From: Octopus sinensis
Taxonomy: Eukaryota
Direction: 5' to 3'
Assembly (NCBI RefSeq): GCF_006345805.1
Contig: NC_043015.1
Span: 11,470,001-11,534,000, forward strand
DNA length: 64,000 nt
Shown: one piece after another, positions 39,134-53,261 of the stretch
Layout of the letters: each line of letters begins with the position of its first letter
How positions within the stretch are numbered: the first letter of the stretch is position 1
Program-made: the position numbers and the translations under genes
Notes under the pieces: generated by a model
What the model was told of the DNA's origin: nothing
The model's input: only the letters and a program-made list of their open reading frames with translations
The model's database searches: none

Positions 39134-39177
<44 letters not shown>

Positions 39178-40251
39178 TTATCTATTTATCTCTTTTGTCT
39201 CTGTGTGTGTGTGTCTGTGTGTGTCTCTCTGTGTGTGTCTGTGCATGTGTGAGTGTCAGTTTCAAATCTGATTAAACTGCCGCTCATTTTAAAACTATAA
39301 CTTGCAACCAAGGTACGTTGAATGGCATTCACTCTCTCCCTAACATTCCGAACGGGTCCCTTCCCACTTGCCCTAATGTTTGCTTGGACTTATTGCTCTT
39401 ATTTCTGTAACGAAACTATTAAAAAACATAAGTACATTATTTTTAAATAATTTAGTCTGCAGAACATTTCTATTCATCTTATCCCTGACTTTTACCAAAT
39501 GTTTTATTCCTTGTATGTACACACATTGCCAGATTAGATTTGAACTAAGAACCTTAATTTATGCACATATGCAAGTGGTATATATTTAGTTTGGTCTTAA
39601 TAAATATGATATCTCCCTGACGTTTCCCTTCTTTCAGACACCTGTGAAGTCGAAACACTTCTTGGACAGGTGGAAGATGACGAATGAAGAAAAGCCGGGA
39701 CATGCAACGATTTCCAGAAGACTGTGGTTTGTGTGAGGCTTGGGTGTTAGACACAGCATATTTAAGTGAAGTGATAAATACGAGTTAATCAGATGAGAGT
39801 GCGTGCAAGTAATATGAGGGTGCTCAGCAAGAAGGCATGTGTCTGCTATACGTGAAGTCCATATGATGTGTATATATGTTCACTTTCAGAGAAAAAAATA
39901 TCCCGGTCGGATCGGGGGGTCCTCTTTGAATTGTTACCCAAGTATCATTCCCCTTGATAGCAAAGAGTCATTTCTTGTTTGTGTTTATCAAAAATTCTCG
40001 CGAGATTTTAATCAGACTACCTGTGACTTTTCGTGTTTTAATCCACAATAGGGACAAAAACCAATTTTACTATGTGATCAGCTTGAAGTTAGCCTTAATA
40101 TACAAATAAAAAAATCATTTCATGCAGGTTTGGGCGTTTATTACTATATTTTTGTAAACTATGTTAGGTCATTTGCATGGTTTCGAAGATTACTAATATA
40201 TATGCATTATTTACATTTGACGGATATTTTCCATCATCTTGTTTGATGTTA

Positions 40252-40295
40252 ACACAGCGTTTCGGCTGATGTACTCTCCAGCATTCATCAGGTGT
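40252..40295 (-). ncRNA. PLE minimal hammerhead motif, U16.1 mutated to C
   Basis: Reverse complement ACAC-CTGATGA-a-tGCTG-gagagtacat-CAGCc-GAAA-CG-C-T-GTGT: stems I and II present, but the cleavage-triplet U is replaced by C. Confidence 0.6.
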
Positions 40296-42941
40296 CCTGG
40301 GGGAATTTCGAACCTGGGTTCCCATCCCTAAGATATTTTCCCGATGTCTGCTTAGGAGGTTATTATATCCTAGCATATGTGCTGCCTCTTTATTTTTCGT
40401 ATTTTTCAGTGGTGTTCTCTGTCTATTATTTTAACTTCATCCCCAGAACAACTGATGAAGGCTGGAGAGTATATCTGCCGACAACAAACAAGATGAGGAC
40501 AAATATCCGTGAAACATCCTCATCTCTGAAATAGAGAACTGTATTGTCTAATTGGTACGGAGCCGAAATTAGACTTCAGTGGAGACATACAGAGAAACTC
40601 CATCAGAAACTAGCTCGTCTTTCAAACCATCTAGCTTTCCTGTGTAATTGTAGAGACTCGAAGCTAATACCACCTGACTTGAATGTAATGACACCAGTGG
40701 ATTCATATAAAGCTCGAAGAGTTGCGGAAAGGGCAGGACATGCCCTCGTCCGTGAGAGGATCCATTGTAAGTAAACGACGAACTCTGAGAGAGGTTTTCT
40801 TCGTTACATAGGAGAATAACTAGAGATGATGATAGAAGGAGAATCCAAAAAGATCAGGAAAAGTCGTACGAGAAAGAATTTGAAAAGGTGAAGTCGCGCC
40901 TCATTAAGAAGTTTATGAAGCTCAAAGTTCAGAGACTGAAGTCCGTCACCCACCCGTGAAAGGAATAATTAACGTAAGTAGACGACATCTAGAAAGCTCT
41001 GAAGAAGCAATGCTAAAGAAAGGTCTCAACTTTGCGACAACCATCAAACGCATTCCATACTTGGACATAATAGACCATATTGAAGAGATAGCCATAAGGA
41101 TACCAAAAGCTCAGGGAGAAAGTTAAGGTAGAAAGTAAGACAGGTCCTAGAAAAAGCGAAACTTCCCAAACCAAACATCAATAAGGAAGAAAAGTTCGCT
41201 ATCAAAACACTACAGAGTGACAATTTCATCATAATACTTCCAGCGGACATGGGAAATGCTACAGTGGTGATGAACAAGTCTGGCCCCTCTGAAAAATTGG
41301 CAAGTCACATAAGTGATGGTAGCTACAACAAAGTAAAGAAGGACCTAACTCTGAAAACAGAGAGGAAGCTGTCACAGATCGTGATCAAGAGCAAGGATCA
41401 CTTTATACCAATGAAGTACAGAAAACTGACTCGACACTGAAGTAAGCTGCCACACATGTACGGTCTCCCTAAGATTCACAAGGATAGTATTCCATTAAGA
41501 CCTATAGTGAGCTGTAGAGGTTCAGCATGTCATCCACTGAGCCGCTTCCTTGTGGATATAATCAGTCCATTAGTAGGAAAGTCAACATCATACGTGAAGA
41601 ATTCCACCCACTTCACAGAAATGATCAAGAATACCCCCCCCCCCCATTGAATCCAAACAGATGGTGAGTCTAGATGTGATAAGTCTGTTCACCAAAGTCC
41701 CAACTTGTGAAGCACTATCGGCGATTCAAGAAAAACTGGTGACAGACACCTATCTAAAAGAACGCACTAGTATACCAATAGGAAACTTGATGGAAATTTT
41801 GACCTTCTGTGTAGAAACTACCTACTTCATAATGGATACTGATATATATCGACAATGGGAGGGTTAAACTATGGATTCGCCATTATCACCGATAATAGCC
41901 AATATTTACATGGAATACATTGAGAATTTGGCTTTAGTATCAACGCCACAAAAACTAACCCTATGGCTGCGATGCTCTGGTCCTATCAGGAAGATGTCCA
42001 AATACTGTTAGATCATGTGAACTCAATAAAGCCATCCATACAGTTTAGAATGGGAAAGGAAAAAGACAATCAGCTAGCATTCCTGGACGTATTAATAACA
42101 AGCACCAAGAATAGATCCAGGATATCCGTATACCGCACTCCGACCTTCACTGGACGATACCTCAACTACAATTCCCACCATCCATACAGTTTAAAGAGAG
42201 GGATTGCTCAGTGCATAAAACGTCGAGTAAAGAATATAAGTAGCGATCCTGATATACACCACGAAGAAATGATCAAATTAAATAACAATCTATTAAGCAA
42301 CAACTACCCCCAAAACATACTATCCACTCCAAATATGAAGAGAAGAGAGGATGAAATCAATAAACTGACCACAGTCTGTCCACCCTATGTGAAAGCCCTC
42401 TCCTAAAAGATAAAAAAGATATGCAGACCATATAACATCAGGACAGTATTCAATAGTAATACAACACTTCGCAAATAGCCCTTTCGAATAGAACCACCAA
42501 TAGAAGAGAAAATGCCCAAAGACTGCGTGTATTCCATCCCATGCAGCTCTGGTAGGTTATACAAAGGCGAACATTACCACCCCCTCAAAATAATGCTAGA
42601 GGAATATCGCAAAGCACCTGCACGAGAAAATATTAATAAATCAAGTATAGCGGATCATGTATGCAAAAACGGAGACCACCTCCCCCTGTGGGATGAAGTT
42701 AAAATAATAGACAAAGAAAACCACTGGAAAATACGAAAACAAAAAGAGGCAGCACATATACTAGGACATAATAACCTCCTAAGAAAACATATGAGTAGCG
42801 TATGGGAACCAGTATTAAGGAAAGATAGGAAAATATTAGATTTATAAGCCCTAAAATTCACTCCATAATTGCTCACGTGCATATGGCGTAGTGGTTAGGA
42901 GCTCTGGCTACTGAACCTATGCTTCCGAGTTCAGGCAGTGA

Positions 42942-42988
<47 letters not shown>

Positions 42989-43053
42989 TAATAATAATAA
43001 TAATAACAACAGCAACACATCGGGAAAATACCCAGGTTCGCAATTTCCCCAGG

Positions 43054-43097
43054 AGACTTCATGAAGGCTGGAGAGTACATCAGCCGAAACGTCGTGT
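43054..43097 (+). ncRNA. PLE minimal hammerhead motif, CUGA core mutated
   Basis: AGAC-TTCATGA-a-GGCTG-gagagtacat-CAGCC-GAAA-CG-T-C-GTGT: intact GUC triplet and palindromic stem III ACGU, but CUGAUGA has become UUCAUGA. Confidence 0.6.
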
Positions 43098-44199
43098 CAA
43101 CATCATACAAAATGAGGACAAATATCTGTCAAATGTAAATAACGTAAATAATGTACATAATTCCCCATCTCTTAAATATAGAGCTGTACTAATATGTACA
43201 TACAATTGCAAATTTAACTGTTAATTTCATTTCTCTCCATGTGAAACCCACATAATACACGAAATCCGCCTTTTATATAATTGGATGAAGAAAAGTCTAT
43301 TCTACGTTTGTTTTGTTAACAGCTATTGGAGTAATATATCTATGTGAGTGTGTATGTACATATATGTATATAGACGAATGTATACATGTGGATGTATGTA
43401 TGTATGCAATATGTTTCATAGATTTAATAAAATTTTTCCGTAAACGAGTAAACTTATGGTAAATATATTTTGTGTCGGAGGCACATTAAATTGTAAACAT
43501 GTTATATGGAATAAAATACTTTTCCTGTGCAAATACGTACTGTCTGCATTCACATTTATCTGTAACTCGTGGCTACTACATATTAATGCAATACAGCAGC
43601 TGTTACAAAAGTTTTAATGAAAATTGTCAACTAAAGAACAGCTTTCAAAACAATTACTGCTATCAAATTGGCTGTGAATCACAATTCCACATGGTTTTTC
43701 CTCTTGCTAATCCTATTATATTTTCTATTTTTGTATGCAATATGCAACAATGTGTGTAAAGCAAGTGGGCGTTGTATCACAATTGAATATTTTATCTTTA
43801 TAACAATGCCTAGGGTAAATATATTCAAGGGAGGCGGGGCTCTGCATATTCTCTCGACTTGTTTAAAATAACATCTACGTCCAATCGCATCCTAATTTCT
43901 TCAACAAAAGGACTTAGATAGGAATGTATTCTAAGTTATACTATACCTAGAACATACCGATTATCACTGAAATGGCTTTGTTCATACATCTGTTCGATCA
44001 TGGTTGGCTCAAGGAAAGAACAACAAAAGAATAACGAAAGACAGTAAGTTTGCCAAGCGATTGACATCTATCTCTTAGATTGTTCTACATGAAATCTCGT
44101 ATTTGAAAGGTAACAATAAAATGTTTCAGAAGTGCTTGAGAACTGATATATTTAATCAAAGTATGATCCATGTTCATTTATGACCTTTACCCAGCGTTT

Positions 44200-45050
44200 C
44201 TCTATGTTACATATTCCATCTTAAAAAGAAAAAACATCATCTTTTGCTGTGATAAACTGTCCGAATGCTTTAGTTACCTCTTCTTTATTTAAGAATGTTT
44301 TATTGCTTATGAAAAACTCAAAATGTTTAAACAAGTGATGATCAGTAGGAGAGATATCAGGGAAATAGAGAGGATGTTGAAAAATCTCATAATTCAGGCT
44401 TTGCAACTTTTGGACCATAGATTGAGGAGTGTGAGGACGTGCAATTTCATGTAGTAAAATTGGGCCATCTTTATTCACTACTCTGGGTTGCTTACTTTTT
44501 AAATTCTCATGCATACAATCAATTTCCTAACACTACGATGCTGCCGCAACCGTTTTCCTCGTTGCAAAAATGAATAATGAATACCTTCCTTCGCAGACCA
44601 TTATACAGTGACCACTAACTTTCTAGGGTGTAATGGTGACTGCATCTAATTCCCGTCCTTCTCTCCTGCTGTTGTCAAAGAGTATCTATTTCTCATCACA
44701 AGTAATGATTTGATACAAAAATGGTTCAGTTGATGTAGAACATACCTATATATTCTCTTGAATTTTCCAATTTTTTATAGGTTTTCTAAAGCAGTTGTGC
44801 GAGATGCTTGGATTTCCGATGAAAGTTTTCGAACCTTTGTTCTCCGACTATGTGCAACCAATGTATTTAAACCATCATGCCGAATAACTGATTTTGGCCT
44901 ATCATCTCCTGAACGAGAGCTTTGCAACCATCTCTAAACAGTTCTGATGTCAATAATACAATTACCAAAGGTCCGCTTGATATTCCGTAGAGCATACTAT
45001 AAAATCACTCGACATAGTTTGGTTGTTATCATTTTCGTTAATGTCGGTGG
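44200..45050 (-). mobile_element. Degenerate mariner transposase relic
   Basis: GPILLHEIARPHT..QKLQSLNYEIFQHPLYFPDISPTDHHLFKH (HDNARPH and YSPDL-like), IITCDEK near 44690 and decayed N-terminal HTH sequence near 44900-45000. Confidence 0.85.
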
Positions 45051-45322
45051 GTACGAATTTTGTATACCAATATTGTTAGGAAGGAAAACGCGTCAAGATT
45101 AAATGCAAGGTATACATAATTGAGTTTTTAAATGACTAAAATAACAAGTAATTAAAAATGCGATATTTCATGTGAAACAACGTAATATGTACTCGTACTA
45201 ATGCTCACTACACTGTAGAAGATAAATACGTCAGCAATTAACATGAAAATGAGATTTCAAATATAATTCGAGTTTTCTCTTTTTCTATGTTATATATGCC
45301 TATGTGCGCGTGTCTATGTGTC

Positions 45323-45422
<100 letters not shown>

Positions 45423-45726
45423 TAATAATGTGAGGGAGTATGGCTCCAAACTTACAGGGAAAAATTAGATTTAGTATTAAATCAAATTTCACAGTATAAA
45501 TATTAATTGTAATTCGAATTTAATTATAGCCATGGAATGTACGTGGTATTTTTACTTATTATATTATATATATCATTCTTTTTATACTTTTTGGAGAAAA
45601 AATAAATAAATAAATGCAGTACCGCTAGCACCAGCAACAGCAACTGCATTGTGCAACTGCAACAATAGCGATTGCAGCACGAAATGGAATGGAAGATTCA
45701 CCTATAAAAACAACACCAATAAAGTA

Positions 45727-45840
45727 TGTATGTATACTTGTATACATACATACATACATACATACATACATACATACATACATACATACATACATACATA
45801 CATACATACATACATACATACATACATGCATGCACACATA
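45727..45840. repeat. (CATA)n microsatellite
   Basis: Seen directly. Confidence 0.95.
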
Positions 45841-46553
45841 CATATATTAGAATTATCAAACCAACTTCCACCTTCGGTCTTTTCCGCAAGGCTGGTCAGG
45901 AAGAGTAGAGTGTTTGCAGATAATTCTGAAGAGGAGAACTATCGTTTCTAGTCAAATTCTCACCACACAGTAGCCAACTCAAAGACCACAAGTAGCTGCA
46001 ACAATATTAGTAGCACAGAAACAAGAATAGTAACAGAACAATAGCTACTGCAACGAAAAAATATAGGATAAAAATGAGTCGAGTAATAAAGCAAACATCA
46101 GGAGGTAATCCGTCACCATCACCCACAAAAATGTCGGGGAGAAAGAAATTCAGACCCACAGTTACCGGCCCACTTGCAACAGACTAGTGTACTACCTTGA
46201 ATAGAGCTCATATCGCCACACCATGATAGCAGCACCAAGAAGAACACGGAATGGAAATAGGGCTGGCGTTGCAAAAGCATTTGATTTACGACCATGGGAC
46301 AAAGAAATTAATACATAAAAATCAAAGCCAGTCGTCAGTAGACTTGGAGAAGGAAAGGTTACAGTCACGTTACTGAGCTGAACTGAGCTTGAAATTACCT
46401 AGGAAGGTATAGACGTTTGTCAAACGTTCCAGGAAATACTTTTGCACGCGGAGAAATATTCATTCAAAGACCCTGGTCCAAAAGTTCGTACTAGTGAGGA
46501 ATTAACATTGATACCAATTTTTCTAGAATGAAAAGTTTACGGGGTAAAATTTA

Positions 46554-46744
46554 GGCGCAGGAGTGGAAGTGTGGTAAGTAGATTGCTTACAAACCACATG
46601 GTTCCAGATTCAGTCCCACTGCGTGGCACCTTGGGTAAGTGTCTTCTACTATAGCCTCCGGCCGACCAAAGAATTGTGAGTGGATTTGGTAGACAGAAAC
46701 TGAAAGAAGTCCGTCATAAATATTATGTATATATATGTGTGTGT

Positions 46745-46775
<31 letters not shown>

Positions 46776-46990
46776 AGCGTGTGTATGTTTGTGTGTCTGT
46801 GTTTGTCCCCTCAACATCGCTTGACAACCGATGCTGGTGTGTTTACGTACCCGTCACTTAGTGGTTCGGCAACAGAGACCGATAGAATAAGTACTAGGCT
46901 TACAAAGAATGAGTCCTGTGGTCGATTTGCTCGACTAAAGGCGGTGCCCAAGCATGGTCGCTGTCAAATGACTGAAATAAAAGAATAAAG
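46554..46990 (+). mobile_element. tRNA-headed SINE, family B, full length
   Basis: Colinear with 37971-38382, including the internal (GT)n and the aaggcggtgcccaagcatggtcgctgtcaaatgactgaaat tail. Confidence 0.92.
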
Positions 46991-47604
46991 AATATACCAC
47001 AAGAATAATTCTTCTGGTAGGCGGTGTTGCTGGCACTTTGATAGAGATATAAAGATCCGGAAAGAATAATTTGGTTGGGATATGAGGGGCCACTTGATTC
47101 AGGTGAAACTTTAGACTCTGCAAGTTTCCTCAGTCCAATAGAGATACCATGAGGGCGGCAACTTCAGATAGAATTATTAAACATCTCAGATGTCGCAACA
47201 CCAATCGCCTGGAAAAAATTCTACCTTCATCAACAGGAAGTGACAGATGGAAGAATGTATCCACTACTGACAACATCAAATCAATATCGACTACAAGGTA
47301 GCAATAAATGCAGTACCGTTAGCACCAGCAACAGCAACTGCATTGTGCAACCGCAACAATAGCGATTGCAGCACCAAATGGAATGGAAGAATCACCTATA
47401 AAAACAGCTCCAACAAAGTTCAGATAGCCAACTAACTTCAGAAGATGTTGTCTGGCTTTGTAATAAAGTGATGCAACAAAAAGCAAAATTATCTTCTTCA
47501 AAACAACAAAATTCATGAACTACTTGGGAGTTCCAAAACGACGTCGCTTTTGCTAATACATCATCATCACAATCAACAACAACAACAATAATAATAATAA
47601 TAAT

Positions 47605-48161
47605 ATGCCCTGATGCAGTACCAGGCAGTGGCTCTCATGGCTTTTGATCTTAACTGATTGGAAGTGTTATCATGTACATTGTTTTGTCTTGGTATAAAAG
47701 ATGGGCTACAGCAAATATTCTGCTCAATACCACAGATTTGCTTATCAGTTGTTTGACCTTAACCAGTTGAGCATGTCCCTTAGAGGCTGACCATATGTGC
47801 ATCTCTGATCACGAGCAGAAGTTGTGGGGGGGCATCATAGCCATGTGTTGAGAGGGATTCTTTGGGGTTTGAATAGTTCACCTCTGGAAACATGGGTGGT
47901 TTTTTCAACATCCTTAAACAATCCTTATTCAGGGACCTTTTGAGCGGGATGGGCTACTCAACCTGAAGAAAATTCTAACTGGGCCCCACCTGCAAGGTCA
48001 TGTGCTGTTTATCTTGATATGAGATCACCATGTCGCGCACATATGGTTGTGATGCATGTGCCTGGTGTACCCTTATCAGACGGGTAGTCATGATGGGTAT
48101 ATTGGGCTTCGTATATTTTACCCCAGTGTCACTTTGATGGCATGAACTGCTCTCTCACTCA
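47605..48161. mobile_element. ~560-bp non-coding dispersed repeat embedded in (TAA)n, copy 2
   Basis: Flanked by (AAT)n on both sides; colinear with 28298-28863. Confidence 0.88.
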
Positions 48162-48310
48162 ATAATAATAATAATGATAATAATAATAATACTAATTATA
48201 ATACTGATGATAATAATAACAATACTACTTCTACTACTACTATTACTAATGATAATAATAATAATAATCATAATAATAATAACAATATAATAATGACAAT
48301 AATAATAATT

Positions 48311-48675
48311 GTGGTGATGCAATGCCAGGTAGTGGCACTCATGGCTTCTGATCTTAATTGATTGGAATTTTTAACAGGTACGTGTTTTGTCTTGGTGTAA
48401 AAGATAGGCTACAGCAAATACTCTGCTCAATACAGCAGGCTCGCTTGTCACTTGGTTGGCTTTAATCAGTTGAGCATTCACTTAGTGGCTACAGATATAT
48501 ATGCATCTGTGATCGATCTGCAAGGGCAGAGGTGAAGCATCATAGCCAAGTGTTTAGAAGGGTTCTTTGGGGGTTTGAAAAATTTACCCCTGGAAATAAG
48601 CCTTATTCGGGGACCATTTGGGCGGGATGGGCTCCTCGATTCTGAAAGAAATACTAACTGGGCCCCACCAGCAAC
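48311..48675. mobile_element. Partial copy 3 of the (TAA)n-embedded repeat
   Basis: gatgcaatgccaggtagtggcactcatggcttctgatcttaa...ctaactgggccccacc matches the left two-thirds of copy 2. Confidence 0.85.
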
Positions 48676-48820
48676 ATCGTGCTGGTGGGGGCCAAGGTAG
48701 AATTTACCTTTCATTCTTTGAGGGTCAATAAAGTACCAGTGAAATTTTAGGCCTCGTGCGTAAAGGATTACTATTATCATTATTATCGTTATTATCATTA
48801 TTATTATTATTATTATTATT

Positions 48821-49211
<391 letters not shown>

Positions 49212-49385
49212 TAAGGCGGTGAGCAGGCAGAATTGTTAACACATTGGACTAAATGCTTAGCGATATTTCGCCCGCCTTTCATCCTTTTGGTGTCGATAAA
49301 TAAGTATCAGTTTGACACTGGGATCGATGGAATCGACTCATCCCCTTCCCCAAAATTACTGCCCTTGTGGCATAATTTGTAACCA
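49212..49385 (+). mobile_element. Family A SINE with internal deletion
   Basis: ggcggtgagcaggcagaattgttaac...gcctttcatccttttggtgtcgataaataagtatcag. Confidence 0.8.
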
Positions 49386-49559
49386 TTATTATTGTTCTTA
49401 TATTAAAACTCACATCTTATTTTGTTGGATATGATGGAATGTGTCAGCTGTCCACAGCCAACAGACTATGGTGACACTTGTTTACTTGTCCTGATTCAAG
49501 AATACTGCGAATAATTCTCGCAGTTCCAAGTAAATGCTCATTTTTGCAAGTGTTCTACC

Positions 49560-50330
49560 TTCACACTTGCAGCCATGTTCGTAGTTGAATGCTGATACTT
49601 CCGAATGCACCAATTATTATTGGTATCATGTCTGCTTTTTTATTGACCACAACCTTCGTATATCCCACTTTAAATTGTGGTAGTAGTTTATTTTTTCGTA
49701 TACTTTCACATTGATCCTGTTGTCACCGAGATATGCTACGTTGATTATCATACATGTTCTTTCATTTTTATTCACCACAACAACATCCGGCTTCCTATGT
49801 CTGGTCAGGTGATCGCACAGGATCATTATATCCCACATTTTTTGCACTTCTCCTTTTCGGTGATTCGTTCCGGGGTTTGTTCACACCACGCCTTTGCCTT
49901 TTATAGGCCGTGGTTTACTCACAGCTCCGAATGGATCGTTCTTGCCACATTGTCGTTCGTCTTCGCTTTGTGCCAATTTCAGGCATTCACTAACGATGTG
50001 CCAGACTGTTTCACCCCTCTCACCACACATTATGCATCTGTCGCTATCGGTAGTGCTATCAATTCTGCACTTCTTATAATTGGCCCTTAACGCTTCTTCA
50101 TCTGCTTCGCATATGAATGCTTCTATCTTCAAGTCACTTCTCGCCATCCATAGCCCAACAGTCTCCTCCATATGTCTTGGTGTTTACATCTCTTGCAAAC
50201 TGACAATACATTTTTTCCTTCAATGCTTTTTTTTCTTTTGTTTTTGTTCATTTCTTGTTTAAATTTTTCTTTAATTACATAATTTTCAGTCTTGAATATA
50301 CCAACTTTCATCATGTGTTTCAACATTTAC
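49560..50330 (-). mobile_element. Degenerate R4/Dong-like RLE LINE fragment
   Basis: SDRCIMCGERGETVWHIVSECLKLAQ (CCHC) and WDIMILCDHLTRHRKPDVVVVNKNERTCMIINVAYLGD (PD..D/E RLE). Confidence 0.85.
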
Positions 50331-50974
50331 ACAATTTTCAGTTTTGATGATGCTGGCCTATTTCATTATTATTATTACATATTGCATTTCAATAAAATGA
50401 TTATTTAGGTTTTTTCTCACCTGCGCTGTTTTACTAGATTTAATCAATTAGCTAATAGTATGCTCTAGTAGAGCTGTAATTTCAACGTATTACAATTTAT
50501 TGAATAACTGTAACAGTTATGTAGAGACGATAACCTGCAGTATGGTCGTTTATTATTTATATGATTACAATAATCAGGAATGTGAGGTAATTTAAATGTA
50601 TTTATATCATAATATATGAAGTGTACGTTACATTACCGTTCAGGAAAGGAAACTGAATACCCAGGGGTGGTTTATCAAAACAGACTATATGGAGGATAAC
50701 AATCTTAGGTGTTGTTGTCTAACTGCAGGTGGAACCTCACTGAAAAATATGTAATAAAACGCATACACAAAATTAACCATGCGTGTCATATTAGAGAATA
50801 TCAAGCAGTACCTAATCCAATATGTGCTACACAGTGGCATTCTGACGACTCCCTGTTGATTTAAAGAGATACTTACGATTGGAATGCCTTTGAACAGAAA
50901 TATTTGATGAACTAGGGGTAACCAACAACTAGACATATTTCTATCATTCATCTTGCAAGTTTATAAAGGCTAAA

Positions 50975-51258
50975 ATTAAAGACCGCCTTCGGTCATGAAT
51001 GACCATGGGATTGCACCTAGAAAGTTACCCTCCACTGCGTAAGTCCGGGCAAAGTTGTTTACGGAAGACCAGCAGCCGCCCATGCAGACCAGTCTCCCAT
51101 CTCCACGCCACCGATGTCATCCCAGGGATAGGCAAAGGCCGATACAGCTTGGCACCGGTGACATCGCAACTCATTCCTACTGCTGAGGGAAGTGGAGCAA
51201 CGTGAAATAAAGAATTCTGTGAACCCGATGCTCTAACAACAGAGCCATGCGCCTTCAC
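50975..51258 (-). mobile_element. Family D-related SINE with a different 3' tail
   Basis: Head remnant gtgaaggcgcatggctctgttgttagagcatcgg and core tttatttcacgttgctccac; the tail differs from the 26578 copy. Confidence 0.65.
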
Positions 51259-51998
51259 TGCAAATTTTATCTCCAGTTATACAATGTAAACACGGTACGT
51301 TGTTACATATTTTGGTACATCCAATCAAATATTTGAGAGAAGATAGTATCGTGATCGCAAATTATTCTAAGCTGTATTTCTCGTAAATAATGAATTTTTT
51401 ACTATCTTACTTTCGAAATTTCGACTCGTGGTTCCTACGTATTTAATTAACTATATGGGGAAAAGCATCACAAAGAGCTGCTGAAATTCACCTTTATCTC
51501 ATCGGGGAATCAACTCCATGAACTTATTGAATTTGGACATGAGTTTGAAGAATCTCTATAAACTTCTGCTCTACGCATTATACTGGTTTTCTATTAGATC
51601 TATATAGTCTTGTATTCTTGGAAGTATTGAATACTATATAAATATTTTATAAATTGTCTGATACCAAACAACTAACTGTCCATCTGTTAAAGATATGTGT
51701 CTGCGCGCGCACATGCGTATTTGTGTGTATGCATGTATGTATGTATGTATGTATGTATGTATATATGTATGCAGTTACCGAGGAGAAATGTGTAAATACA
51801 GCGTCTGAAAATCGAACAGGGGGAAGGAGTGCACATATATGGTGTTTTACCTCATTTTAACATAAGACGGAAATATATATATATTTAGATAGAAAGATAG
51901 ATATATAGATAGATAATACATATTTATAACGTATGTAGGTATGTATGAATGTAAATATATGTGTGTGTATATATATATATATTATATATATATATGTT

Positions 51999-52049
<51 letters not shown>

Positions 52050-53261
52050 CATACATTCATATATATATATGTGTGTGTGTGCATCTATGTTTCCCACCGA
52101 ATTCCACTCACGTGATGTTAGTCATCACTAAAGAATAATGTGGTTAAGAAACGAACTTCCTTACCACTCTCTGCTATCAATGTTATCACACCTCCCATTC
52201 ACTCACTCTGCACAACACAATCACGCCCAGTGGCAAGACTCTCATCCGCTATTTTAATTTTTTTTTTTTTTTACAATCCTTGAAATGTAGCAGTGTGAAT
52301 ATCGAAGCGTCAATCTTGGACAAGCAGACAGCATTTTCATATTTCATTTTGAATTTCATTATCATAGATGCCTGATTTTCACTCGCTTCAATTGATAACT
52401 CCTAAAGAAGATTTCTTACTGTCTTTGAATCCTATTGTTCGTCGTACAATGCACGTCAATCCTTTAACAATATGTATTTATTTTAAGTGACCGAAGTCCC
52501 CCTGTTCATGTTGTTTTGAGGAAATTACATACCCAATGTCATTCTATTCTGGCGTTTCTTTCTCTTTCTTTATCCATTTCAATTCAGTCCCTGTTATTTC
52601 CATCTGTCTCGTATCTTGTCATCCAACGCCTAAGGCATCGCATTATAATACGTTCTAATAATCTCGGTGATAGTCATTTTCAGATTCGCCTTTATATTTT
52701 TTCTTACATCGTTGATATTTCAGCTACGTAATTTGTTTCTTTCAGTATAATATTTAATCTATGTACACATTTCTATTAGTGTCGTTATGTAAATGGTTTT
52801 TTTTTTATTATCATCACGTAAGTTAATATCACGACAATTTTGCTTTTTATGCAGGTGTGGCAGGTTTTCATGGAATTGTGCTATGTCGTTGATCATTAGT
52901 GTTTTCGCGAGAACAGAACAACTTCATTTACTCTCTACTGTTAACAAAAACTCCTAAAGATATTTTACGACTTTACCATGAAATATCTCGTTATTTTTTG
53001 ATCTACTAGAAAGAACAACCATATCTTTTTCACATTACACCCGCTTCTAGAAAACAAAAAAAAGAAAGAGATAATATAGTTCTAGACACGCTTAAAATGA
53101 TGCGGTGTTCTCCTCTGGATTACCTTTCTACATATGTCTTCTTAATCCAAGAGAATTCCTGTTTCACCTCTTTGTTTACAATAAGAAATATCACCCAATA
53201 ATCCTTTGAATCTATGCCTATATATGTATGTGTATGTATGCATGCATGCATGTGTATATAT

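Larger units (their letters stand above)
40195..43200 (+). mobile_element. Near-full-length degenerate Penelope-like element (RT plus GIY-YIG) with inverted 5' pLTR, direct 5' pLTR and 3' pLTR
   Basis: Broken ORF 40544-42847: YGLPKIHKDSIPLRPIVS, SLDVISLFTKVP, SPLSPIIANIYME, NSIKPSIQF..QLAFLDV, YLNYNSHHP, and GIY-YIG-type VYSIPCSSGRLYKGE..KSSIADHV..RKQKEAAHI. Terminal repeat copies at 40195-40346 (-), ~40440-40545 (+) and ~43018-43190 (+). Confidence 0.93.
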
